This document shows, in pieces, positions 48,195-56,186 of a stretch of DNA of 64,000 nucleotides (the first letter of the stretch is position 1; the number at the start of each line of letters is the position of its first letter). The DNA comes from Candidatus Omnitrophota bacterium. GTDB lineage: Bacteria > Omnitrophota > Gorgyraeia > Zapsychrales > Fredricksoniimonadaceae. Below the pieces are notes generated by a model. That model did no database searches, was not told the DNA's origin, and saw only the letters and a program-made list of their open reading frames with translations. The translations under genes and the position numbers were made by a program. The stretch is from contig CAWHFJ010000013.1 in NCBI GenBank assembly GCA_963828495.1, forward strand, positions 71,952-135,951, given 5' to 3'.

Positions 48195-48719
48195 TTACCA
48201 GTTCTCAATGGTACGCTCAACAACACGGGTCGCGAGGTCGGTCAATGCAGTGGCCAATGCCGCGCTCTGTGATTGGGCCTGAGGCCCTGTCGTAAAATAT
48301 GTGACCTCCCCGGCAAAAGAAGGCTCTTCCCAAAGGACTTTGTGAGTGACGGTATCGGTCAATTTCAAAGACACAATGACGCGGGCATGGTATTCCTGGA
48401 TATTCTGATTGACATCGGTACGCAAAGAATCTTGTGTGAGACCGATTAAATCACCTTCCATCAATAAATCCGCTTTGTCCGCCTCAGCAATATGCAAATT
48501 ACCGTCAAATAAAAACCTGTCAATAATAGCTGTGCGCACATTGGTTTCCAAAAGCGGCACATAAAGCGCCCTGGCATTCTCGCTGATATAAGAGACTTTA
48601 TTCTTGAAAGGCTGTATGGCAATCGTGCGGTAATTCTTAGGGAGCAAGGACCCGGTCGTATACCCACAACCGGTCACTGTCAATACCAAGACCATACACC
48701 ATAAAATACGTATCATCAC
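48195..48719 (-). CDS. lptE: LPS-assembly lipoprotein LptE
   Basis: 174-aa ORF with lipobox LTVTGC followed by GYTTGSLLPKNYRTIAIQPFKN, a typical LptE N-terminus. Confidence 0.7.
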   Translation of the reverse strand: MMIRILWCMVLVLTVTGCGYTTGSLLPKNYRTIAIQPFKNKVSYISENARALYVPLLETNVRTAIIDRFLFDGNLHIAEADKADLLMEGDLIGLTQDSLRTDVNQNIQEYHARVIVSLKLTDTVTHKVLWEEPSFAGEVTYFTTGPQAQSQSAALATALTDLATRVVERTIENW

Positions 48720-49678
48720 TCACCTATGGCTTTCAGACGCGCCCGGGCCTTGATGGCCCAGGACGTATCCGTATATTGATTAGTAATTTCTTTATAGTAG
48801 ATCCGTGCAGCTTTCAAATTCTTCTGCTTTTCATAAAACTTGGCGATCACAAAATTATTCTCCGCCTCTTTTTCTTTCAGACGAAACATCTGCTGTTTGG
48901 CCTGCGGGGTCAGTTCGCTGTCAGGGTGGGTTTTGACAAATTCCTTAAACTCCTGCATGGCCACATCCGTCACCTTCTGTTCATGTTGCGCATCGGACGC
49001 CCGACTGGTATCGGCCATGGCAATTTGGAATTTAGCGGCACGGGCCCATTCTGAGGTCGGATAATCATTCATGGTTTTCTCAAATTCATCCCGGGCTTCC
49101 TGATACAGGCCCTTTTCCTTCAAAAAAAGCCCGATTTTATACTGAGAAATCGCCGCATACTTGCCGTAAGGCGCGTCTTTGATGACCGTGCGGAATATTT
49201 CTATGACCCGATCTTCCGTGCCTAAAACCGCCTGTGCCCATTTACTGCGATGGTCACGGCCTTCGAGCATATAATTGCCGATTCTATACTCTATACCGAC
49301 AATTTGCGCAGAACGCTCGCTGAAAGGATATTTATCAATGACTAATTGATATGCTTTATACGCATCATAAGGCCTATTTAAAGTTTCCAGGCATTGGCCG
49401 GTAAAAAATTGGGCTTCCGGGGCCTCTTTAGCGCGTGGATAATTCTTGATCAATTTTTTGAATTCATCAATGGCCTTGGGACATTTACCTTGAGCCACAA
49501 AAGTTTGGGCATATTCCAACTGGTCTTGGGGGGTCGGTTTGACCTCCCATTTAGGATTAATAAATTTACCTGTTTGAGGGGTCCAAATCCAGACGGCAGG
49601 GCTCAAGGATGGAAACGATACTAATAATAGAAGAGATAAAAGTATTATTCGACGGAACATATTGGGTAAATTTAACAC
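48716..49678 (-). CDS. bamD: BamD-like TPR outer-membrane assembly factor
   Basis: 320-aa ORF with a signal sequence and repeated TPR-like units (AQFFTGQCLETLNRPYDAYKAYQLVIDKYPFSE, AKFQIAMADT...). Confidence 0.55.
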   Translation of the reverse strand: MLNLPNMFRRIILLSLLLLVSFPSLSPAVWIWTPQTGKFINPKWEVKPTPQDQLEYAQTFVAQGKCPKAIDEFKKLIKNYPRAKEAPEAQFFTGQCLETLNRPYDAYKAYQLVIDKYPFSERSAQIVGIEYRIGNYMLEGRDHRSKWAQAVLGTEDRVIEIFRTVIKDAPYGKYAAISQYKIGLFLKEKGLYQEARDEFEKTMNDYPTSEWARAAKFQIAMADTSRASDAQHEQKVTDVAMQEFKEFVKTHPDSELTPQAKQQMFRLKEKEAENNFVIAKFYEKQKNLKAARIYYKEITNQYTDTSWAIKARARLKAIGE

Positions 49679-49680
49679 AG

Positions 49681-50973
49681 TTAACTGGCTTTGTCAATGT
49701 GCTTAGGGTTGGAACCGAAGCAATTGGGCCTTTTCTGCTTGGGGGTCAGCTGTCCCGCGGTTTGGGCCGGCAAAGAGGCCTTCAAGCGTATGCCGTTTTC
49801 CAAAAATGTGACCTCATGGACCTGGCCCTGACTGTGGGCCAAATTGATCAAATCCATACGATCGGCCGGCAATACAATATCAATATCTACCACATCTTGT
49901 GATAAAACACCCTCAATCAATAAAAGCAACTGTTGCACATTTTCCCCTTTAAGAGCGGAAATACCGATGGCATCCCCACCATTCTTCTTGAATTGCCCCA
50001 AACGTTCTCTGTCTTCAAGTTTATCTATTTTATTCAGCGCCATGATCGTAGGTTTGTCCAACACGTTAAGCTCATCTAACACGGCATTGACGGCATCGTA
50101 AAATTTTCGATGGTCCGAATGACTGATATCCAGCACATGCAATAACAAATCCGCTTCTTGAACTTCCTCTAAAGTAGCTTTAAAAGCTTCGATAAGGCCA
50201 TGAGGCAAGGCGTGCATAAATCCGACGGTATCGGAAAAAATGACTTTACGATTATTGGGCAGCAAGGCCTGGCGGGAGAGCGAATCGAGCGTAGTGAAAA
50301 GTCCGTCGTGTACGATGGCTCCTGCCTGGGTCAATGCATTTAAGAGGGTCGATTTGCCGGCATTGGTGTACCCGACCAATGCTACCGTCGGGATTTTCTG
50401 GTCTTTGCGTTTTTTACGTTTGACCTGGCGGCTTTGGGTGACTTCTTTAAGGTCTTTCTTAAGTCTCGTGATACGCTCACCTATCCGTCGCCGGTCAACC
50501 TCGAGCTTGGTCTCCCCCGGGCCGGAGGTGCCGATGCCGCCACCCGGACGCGACATTTCTTCTCCATGGCCGGAGAGCCTGGGAAGCCTGTATTGCAGCT
50601 GAGCCAGCTCTACTTGCATTTTACCTTCCAGAGAAGTCGCGCGCCTGGCGAAAATATCAAGAATGACCTGGGTCCGGTCTAACGTTTTGATCCCAAAGTC
50701 ACTTTCCAGATTGCGTTGCTGCGTGCCCTTAAGATCACAGCTGACGACAACAGCATCTATGCCTCCAGCCTGGCACAAGGCCGCAATCTCCTCGACCTTG
50801 CCCTTGGTGAGCATATGAGAGGCTGTGGGCGGCATGGTCTTGCAAAAAACGGTCTGGACAACTTCGCCGCCGCAAGACGCAATAAGCTCCCGCATCTCCC
50901 CGGCCTCATCCTCAGGAGACCAGCTACTATGCGCATGCTCCACAACCATGGCTAATAAAATTCTTTCTACCAT
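49681..50973 (-). CDS. hflX: ribosome-associated GTPase HflX
   Basis: 430-aa ORF with an HflX N-domain (LDIFARRATSLEGKMQVELAQL), G1 GYTNAGKST, G3 DTVGF and G4 NKID. Confidence 0.92.
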   Translation of the reverse strand: MVERILLAMVVEHAHSSWSPEDEAGEMRELIASCGGEVVQTVFCKTMPPTASHMLTKGKVEEIAALCQAGGIDAVVVSCDLKGTQQRNLESDFGIKTLDRTQVILDIFARRATSLEGKMQVELAQLQYRLPRLSGHGEEMSRPGGGIGTSGPGETKLEVDRRRIGERITRLKKDLKEVTQSRQVKRKKRKDQKIPTVALVGYTNAGKSTLLNALTQAGAIVHDGLFTTLDSLSRQALLPNNRKVIFSDTVGFMHALPHGLIEAFKATLEEVQEADLLLHVLDISHSDHRKFYDAVNAVLDELNVLDKPTIMALNKIDKLEDRERLGQFKKNGGDAIGISALKGENVQQLLLLIEGVLSQDVVDIDIVLPADRMDLINLAHSQGQVHEVTFLENGIRLKASLPAQTAGQLTPKQKRPNCFGSNPKHIDKAS

Positions 50974-51005
50974 AACCTTACTTTCTCAAATATATCCTAG
51001 TGCCG

Positions 51006-51166
51006 GTCTATTCGACCATTGTATTTCCTTCTCAGGCACGCTTTGCCGCCCAGCGATGCGGCTTCGCTAGTCTCCAGGCTGATTTGCCACCGCCATCTAG
51101 GCGAAGGTGGACCATGCCAAATCAGCCTTCTACTACCTTCGAAAAAAATACAATGGCCGAATAGAC
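51006..51166 (-). ncRNA. candidate 161-nt structured RNA (hflX 5' leader element or independent, 6S-like long-hairpin sRNA)
   Basis: 21-bp closing helix (51006-51026 / 51146-51166), whose one non-Watson-Crick pair is G-U only on the minus strand. Inner 10-bp helix (51077-51086 / 51118-51127) plus CCACC/GGTGG and GCC/GGC helices. The promoter-like element ends 7 nt upstream. Confidence 0.35.
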
Positions 51167-51172
51167 AAACGC

Positions 51173-51181
51173 ATTATAGCA
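51173..51181 (-). promoter_or_regulatory. extended -10 promoter element TGCTATAAT
   Basis: The minus strand 51181-51173 reads TGCTATAAT (TGnTATAAT consensus). No good -35 is present. The predicted start site is G at 51166, the first base of the closing helix. Confidence 0.4.
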
Positions 51182-51205
51182 ATAAATTTGTCATATAGAT
51201 GCCAT

Positions 51206-51322
51206 CATTGTAAGTAATAAATTTGTTCTTTTTGCGACTGTAGTTTTTAGCCAAAGCATGAGACCTTTGGCGTTAAAAAAACGATCCCAGGAGCAAAAAG
51301 AACAAATTTATTACTTACAATG
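51206..51322. repeat. perfect 30-bp inverted repeat with 57-nt spacer, right arm overlapping the miaA stop
   Basis: 51206-51235 (cattgtaagtaataaatttgttctttttgc) is the exact reverse complement of 51293-51322. The spacer contains its own 6-bp hairpin at 51251-51270. Confidence 0.9.
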
Positions 51323-52240
51323 CTGCGTTTGCTCGACAATAATTTCCGCTATCTGTTGCGCACTCTGGCCCGCCGTGATATCTATCCACGTCAAACGCTT
51401 GTCCCGTCGAAACCAGGTCAACTGACGCTTGACATAGTGGCGGGTATTCAGCTTCATCAAATACTTGGCACGCTCCAGATCATACTCCCCTTTTAAATAC
51501 CCCATGACCTCAGGAATACCGATGATCTTACTAGCGCTAACGCTTAACGGCAACGCTACGACCTGCTTGACCTCCTCAACTAATCCTCTTCTAAACATAT
51601 CATCGATACGGGCTCCAAGTCGTTGGTAAAGTTCCTCCCGGGGACGATTCAAGGCAAAGAGTCGGATAGGCATTTTCCCCCACAGCCCTTCGCGCTTGGG
51701 TTGAAGTTGGGACAATAGCTGCCCTGTCGATAAAACTACTTCCAAAGCCCTAATAATCCTCTGAGGATCATTAGGGTGGATCTTTGCTGCTGCCTGCGCG
51801 TCTAAACCTTTCAGGCGCTCATGCAAGAAAGCCGGGCCGCGGACTTGAAGCTCTTGGGTCAATTCTGCCCTGATATCTTCATCGGCCGGTGTTCCCTCGA
51901 AGATGCCGTCCAGCAAGACCGACATATACATCCCGCTTCCGCCGACGATCAAAGGTCTTTGGCCACGAGCCTGTATATCTTGAATAGCACTGCACGCTAA
52001 CTGGCGGAAGTGCGCCGCATTAAAATTTTGGGTCACTGAAAGGATGTCTGCCAAATGATGCGGAATTTGGGAACGTGCCAAGACTGACGGTTTATCACTG
52101 GCAATAGCAATTTCCCGGTAAACCTGCATGGCATCACAACAGACAATCTCGCCTTCAAACAACCTGGCCGTGGCCAAACCTATCTCGGATTTACCGACAG
52201 CGGTTGGACCAACGATGAAAATAAGAGGGATCTCTTTCAT
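51311..52240 (-). CDS. miaA: tRNA dimethylallyltransferase
   Basis: 309-aa ORF with IFIVGPTAVGKSEIGL (P-loop), PHHL, LIVGGSGMY and RHYVKRQLTWFR. Confidence 0.92.
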   Translation of the reverse strand: MKEIPLIFIVGPTAVGKSEIGLATARLFEGEIVCCDAMQVYREIAIASDKPSVLARSQIPHHLADILSVTQNFNAAHFRQLACSAIQDIQARGQRPLIVGGSGMYMSVLLDGIFEGTPADEDIRAELTQELQVRGPAFLHERLKGLDAQAAAKIHPNDPQRIIRALEVVLSTGQLLSQLQPKREGLWGKMPIRLFALNRPREELYQRLGARIDDMFRRGLVEEVKQVVALPLSVSASKIIGIPEVMGYLKGEYDLERAKYLMKLNTRHYVKRQLTWFRRDKRLTWIDITAGQSAQQIAEIIVEQTQHCK

Positions 52241-52992
52241 CAGGGATAAATCATGGTGGGATACCCCAACGTGGACAGCCGTTTTTTCAGATCTTCGGCA
52301 TCCTTAAGCGAGCTCATCTGCCCCACGCGCACACGATAAAATTTCTGCCCGTCGGCTGCAGTCGTCTCTACCACATACGCATACTGGCCGCCGGCTTTTA
52401 AATCGTCAATTAAAGTAATGGCCCTCCCCTTGTCCAAGAAAGACCCTACCTGGACCGCGAAATATTGCTTTTCTTCCAAAAGCTGACGGGCAATGGGAGC
52501 TTCAGGACTTTGGGGGAATTCATTGATGATTTTGTTCAAATATTCGTTGGCTTTTTCCCATCGCATCAATTTCAAATTGGCCCTGGCGATCTTCAAATAA
52601 ATAAGACTCAAAAACGAAGAATGAGGACTACGCTTTAACAAGTGCTCTCCGGCCCCCAGCGAGTCTTTATAAAAACCTGCCATATAAAAGCCCTCAGTCA
52701 TCCCTAAAGCGGCCCTATCATAAATATCCTGAGGTGGGCGGGCATCCATCACTATTTGGAAAGCCTTATTCGCATCGGCGTATTGGCCCAGGCGCAATTG
52801 GGCTAAGCCAAAATAATATTGGGCTTCGGTACGCTGGGAGACATCATTGCTGTCTTTAAGGACTTGGGAGGCCAACTCACGCACCTGGGCATAATCTTTG
52901 TTCATGACCGCGGCTTCAATATCAGGCAAAGCCGCGTACAAATGACTTGTCCATCCTATCATAACAGCGCAGATCACTATAATCCGTCTCAT
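52240..52992 (-). CDS. TPR-repeat protein with C-terminal SPOR (peptidoglycan-binding) domain
   Basis: 250-aa ORF with a signal peptide, TPR units, and YFAVQVGSFLDKGRAITLIDDLK...YRVRVGQMSSLKDAEDLKKRL (SPOR). Confidence 0.7.
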   Translation of the reverse strand: MRRIIVICAVMIGWTSHLYAALPDIEAAVMNKDYAQVRELASQVLKDSNDVSQRTEAQYYFGLAQLRLGQYADANKAFQIVMDARPPQDIYDRAALGMTEGFYMAGFYKDSLGAGEHLLKRSPHSSFLSLIYLKIARANLKLMRWEKANEYLNKIINEFPQSPEAPIARQLLEEKQYFAVQVGSFLDKGRAITLIDDLKAGGQYAYVVETTAADGQKFYRVRVGQMSSLKDAEDLKKRLSTLGYPTMIYP

Positions 52993-53073
52993 AAGATCCT
53001 TTCAAAACTTGGGTTAACTCCGCCCTCCTGTGGTGGGTGGCTTCTATTAAAGATTCTACACCTTCCGCATCAT

Positions 53074-53694
53074 TTAAAAAAGCAATGATTGAACTTTCTG
53101 ATTTAATTTAAAGATGGGTTTCTCGACGCCAAATTGCGCCAAAAAAACGGATGCCTTATGCAAGTCTTTGTCCTGGGCCATTTCCATCAGGCGCAAAAAT
53201 ACGGCCACGGTCAGATGAACATCCGCCATAGCGCGATGTGTTTGATTGACCACAACGCCTAAAGATCGGGCCAAATAAGCGAGCTTATGATTGCTTAAAT
53301 ACGGCAATAACTCCCTGGCCATTTTTAAAGTGTCTACCGCCGGGGTCTGCGCATTGAGCCTGCGGCCGATCAAGGCAAGCTCGAAACACAGGAAGTTTAA
53401 ATCAAAACGCACATTGTGGCCGGCTACACATGCGCCGCCGATAAAATGGATCATTTGAGGTAAAATATCACCCGCCACAGGGGCCGTCGTAATCATATCT
53501 TCCGTAATATTATTGACCCGGGTGGCTTCGGGCGGCAGCGGCCTTTGAGGATTGACCAATGAATAAAATTGATCCACCACCTGGCCCCCCTTGACTTTGA
53601 GGGCGGCGATTTCGATGATACGATCACCGTCCATAGGAGAAAGCCCTGTAGTTTCCACGTCGAAAATCACAAATTCTGTCAGTTTAATATTCAA
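53074..53694 (-). CDS. DnaQ-family 3'-5' exonuclease (DNA polymerase III epsilon-like)
   Basis: 206-aa ORF with ExoI FVIFDVETTGL, ExoII GHNVRFDLNFL and ExoIII HRAMADV. Confidence 0.8.
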   Translation of the reverse strand: MNIKLTEFVIFDVETTGLSPMDGDRIIEIAALKVKGGQVVDQFYSLVNPQRPLPPEATRVNNITEDMITTAPVAGDILPQMIHFIGGACVAGHNVRFDLNFLCFELALIGRRLNAQTPAVDTLKMARELLPYLSNHKLAYLARSLGVVVNQTHRAMADVHLTVAVFLRLMEMAQDKDLHKASVFLAQFGVEKPIFKLNQKVQSLLF

Positions 53695-54636
53695 TATTCC
53701 CTCTTTCTTGCCCGGCTTTCCACCGCCGGGCGCCTATGTTTTTAATGGACACCGTATAAGAAGGAATCAACTCGGACGGATGATACGCTTTCTTTGCCCG
53801 CGCCACATTAGGCATGCCAAAATCATCCATCGTATTAATCCGGCTAAAACTTTCGAGTTGCCGATCAGCGCAAAAACTTTTAAAAATATAGGCCGCAGCC
53901 CCTGTCACTTTTAAATCCACGATTTCTGCATAAACGCAAAAGGTCGCTTCATCCAACGCGTAGCCCAAGGTATACCCTATCATTTTCCCCTGGACTTTCA
54001 AAACCCGGACCACCAGCCCCAGCGGCCGCCAAAATTTCAATAAACGCTCGTGCACCAAGCGGTTTTCTTCCAGCATGGCCCGATAGATATCGTCGCTAAA
54101 AGCCCCTGCGCGCAAGGCCGCCCAACTCTCATAAAGCGCCAGACAATCGTGCAAGTCTTCATCCGTATACGGCTCAAAAAAACTTGAGGGCTGATGGGCT
54201 AAAAAACAATTACAATCATGCCTTTTCGACTTGTATGCATTGCCTTTAAGGGACTTCAAATCCTCTTTACGGTACACGTATTCCGCGGGCTTTAAGTATT
54301 GATTATAACGGCCCGGCCCAAAGGATGACAACAAATTTTCCGGAATATTTTCTATACGATTGATGGCTTTAAGAGCCCCCCGCGGGCCATGTGAGTAAAC
54401 ACCAGCTCTATCGTCCGGAAATCAAAATTACCTCCTAAAGGCGGCAGATATAAAAAGCATCCCTCCTCTTGATGGGCAAAGACACATAAACTTTTGCCTA
54501 TCATTTTGAATTCAAAATCAAAAAAATCAGACCAGGCAAACACGCTGACAAAAGAAAAACCGGATAAGGGCCTGGGGCCCTGAGTCAAAAAAGATTCCAC
54601 CAAAGCTTTCTGTTCTAAAAGCCCGCTATCTTTCAT
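53684..54636 (-). pseudogene. DUF2156-like (MprF C-terminal, aminoacyl-tRNA-dependent transferase fold) protein, frame broken at a G6 run
   Basis: A 94-aa ORF (…FSFVSVFAWSDFFDFEF…) and a 216-aa ORF (…EYVYRKEDLKSLKGNAYKSKRHDCNCF…). The second frame stays open upstream through ...GALKAINRIENIPENLLSSF. Adding one G at 54376-54381 joins them. Confidence 0.6.
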
Positions 54637-55118
54637 AAAAAAGATAAACCAAACAGATGCAGCAACTCCGGAGCATAAGGCGTGTAATCATGAAACATAG
54701 CCTTATTGTCGACTAAAAATTCCCGAACATCCCGTCGGCTAAAAAAATCTTTCAAATAAGCCACATAACCATCAAAATCGGCTAAAGGCTGATGGTCTTG
54801 CACATACGGGCACGCGAGATGCGCATATACTTTAACCCCGTCGAGTGTCTGAGAAAGAATAAAAGGATATACCGCGCATTCAAAAGGCCGCTTAGCATAA
54901 ACACTGCACGTATTGTCCGCAGAATTGAGGCAGCGGCATAAATGTCCCGGGCCGGATGGAATGGTTTCGATATAAACTTCCGAAGTCCCTAAATGCCGTT
55001 GATCATTTTGTCCTAATTTAGGACGCCAGACAGAATCCGCCTGCTTATACCGGCAGCAGCCGTTGCATTTAAGGCAAACTTCAGAAGGGACAAATTGTTT
55101 AAGGGACACTTCCGTCAT
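54633..55118 (-). CDS. YkgJ-family (UPF0153) cysteine-cluster protein
   Basis: 161-aa ORF with the CLKCNGCCRY motif (CxxCxxCC) and further conserved Cys residues. Confidence 0.7.
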   Translation of the reverse strand: MTEVSLKQFVPSEVCLKCNGCCRYKQADSVWRPKLGQNDQRHLGTSEVYIETIPSGPGHLCRCLNSADNTCSVYAKRPFECAVYPFILSQTLDGVKVYAHLACPYVQDHQPLADFDGYVAYLKDFFSRRDVREFLVDNKAMFHDYTPYAPELLHLFGLSFL

Positions 55119-55167
55119 AACTCGTTATCCTGCTAGGCGCTTCTTAGAAACGGTCCAACTATTTTAA

Positions 55168-55491
55168 CTATTTAACTATGCTGCCTAATGCGATATCTTT
55201 ATCCGGCATCACCAACGCCATACCACCGGCGGCATCGGATGCCGCCAAAAGCATGCCATTGGAAGTCTCCCCACGAATGACCGCAGGCTCCATATTGGCA
55301 ACCAGGATAATCCGACGGCCGATGAGCTCTTGGGGTGTATAGGCCTTACGTATCCCCGCGACGATCTGCCGCACATCACGGCCGGTGTCCACCTGCAGAA
55401 CATAAAGACGGTCCGCGTTAGGGTGTTCTTTGACCTCTTTGATTTGGGCCACCACCAGCTCTATTTTCTTAAAATCTTCTATCGTCGCCAT
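55168..55491 (-). CDS. tRNA-binding-domain protein (CsaA/Trbp111/MetRS-C-terminal type)
   Basis: MATIEDFKKIELVVAQIKEVKEHPNADRLYVLQVDTG...IVAGIRKAYTPQELIGRRIILVANMEPAVIRGETSNGMLLAA. The start is set at 55491; the track ORF extends to 55578. Confidence 0.8.
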   Translation of the reverse strand: MATIEDFKKIELVVAQIKEVKEHPNADRLYVLQVDTGRDVRQIVAGIRKAYTPQELIGRRIILVANMEPAVIRGETSNGMLLAASDAAGGMALVMPDKDIALGSIVK

Positions 55492-56186
55492 AAAGATCTC
55501 CTTATTTTCACTAAACTCATTAAAGAAGTCACCACCGCAGGCCCAATATTCACCTTGGAATTGCCATGATGATGCCATGCGACCGGCTCTTGATGAATGC
55601 GAAGCCCCATATGATGCGCTATGGCTATTAATTGTGTGTCAAATGCCCAATTATAAATGCTCTGGTGCACAAAAACCTTTTCACAGGCCTGTGCGGTAAA
55701 AATTTTAAACCCGCAGGTAAAATCTTCCAAGGAACAGCCGCTGCTGACCGACGATAAAAACGCAAAAATTTCCCCCAAAAAGGCCCTGTGCCATGGCCTT
55801 TTTTGTGCCCATAATTTAATACTGTTGCGGTTGCCCACACAAATATCGCAGCGGTCCTCACGCACATAGTGCAAAAATTTGGGAATTTCCGTCAACTCGG
55901 TAGATAAATCCATATCCATAAACAAACGGTACCGGCCGTGGGCCTCCATCATGCCGCACTTGACCGCAAAGCCTTTGCCCTTATTGTCAGCGTAGCTGAT
56001 GAGGGTTATATGTTTCCCTGTCATCGTGGCGATCTGTTCTGCCGTATCATCACTGGAACCGTCATTGACAATGATAATTTCGTACTCAAGGCCTAATGTT
56101 TGCAAATAATCATCGACCGTCCGGAGATTGAGCCGGATAATCTTGCCTTCGTTATACACAGGTATGATGACGGATAATTCTTTCAT
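55479..56186 (-). CDS. GT2 polyprenyl-phosphate glycosyltransferase (GtrB/ArnC/CsbB-like)
   Basis: 235-aa ORF with LSVIIPVYNEGKII, IIVNDGSSDDT, NKGKGFAV and FMDMDLS. Confidence 0.8.
   Translation of the reverse strand: MKELSVIIPVYNEGKIIRLNLRTVDDYLQTLGLEYEIIIVNDGSSDDTAEQIATMTGKHITLISYADNKGKGFAVKCGMMEAHGRYRLFMDMDLSTELTEIPKFLHYVREDRCDICVGNRNSIKLWAQKRPWHRAFLGEIFAFLSSVSSGCSLEDFTCGFKIFTAQACEKVFVHQSIYNWAFDTQLIAIAHHMGLRIHQEPVAWHHHGNSKVNIGPAVVTSLMSLVKIRRSLWRR

Noticed and set aside
51006-51166. The 21-bp terminal inverted repeats interpreted as a MITE
   Set aside because: There is no target-site duplication at the flanks (gccg vs aaac) and no second copy in the window. The G-U strand asymmetry and the promoter spacing fit an RNA better. 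A genome-wide copy search would settle it.
51251-51270. CCAAAG-8 nt-CTTTGG hairpin between T and A runs, considered as the miaA terminator
   Set aside because: On both strands the T run precedes the stem and the A run follows it, which is the wrong order for an intrinsic terminator.
53020-53040. GC-rich imperfect hairpin CCGCCCTCC-TGT-GGTGGGTGG in the exonuclease/SPOR-gene spacer
   Set aside because: It has two mismatches. It pairs better on the plus strand, where no gene is transcribed. No U-tract follows. I could support no function.
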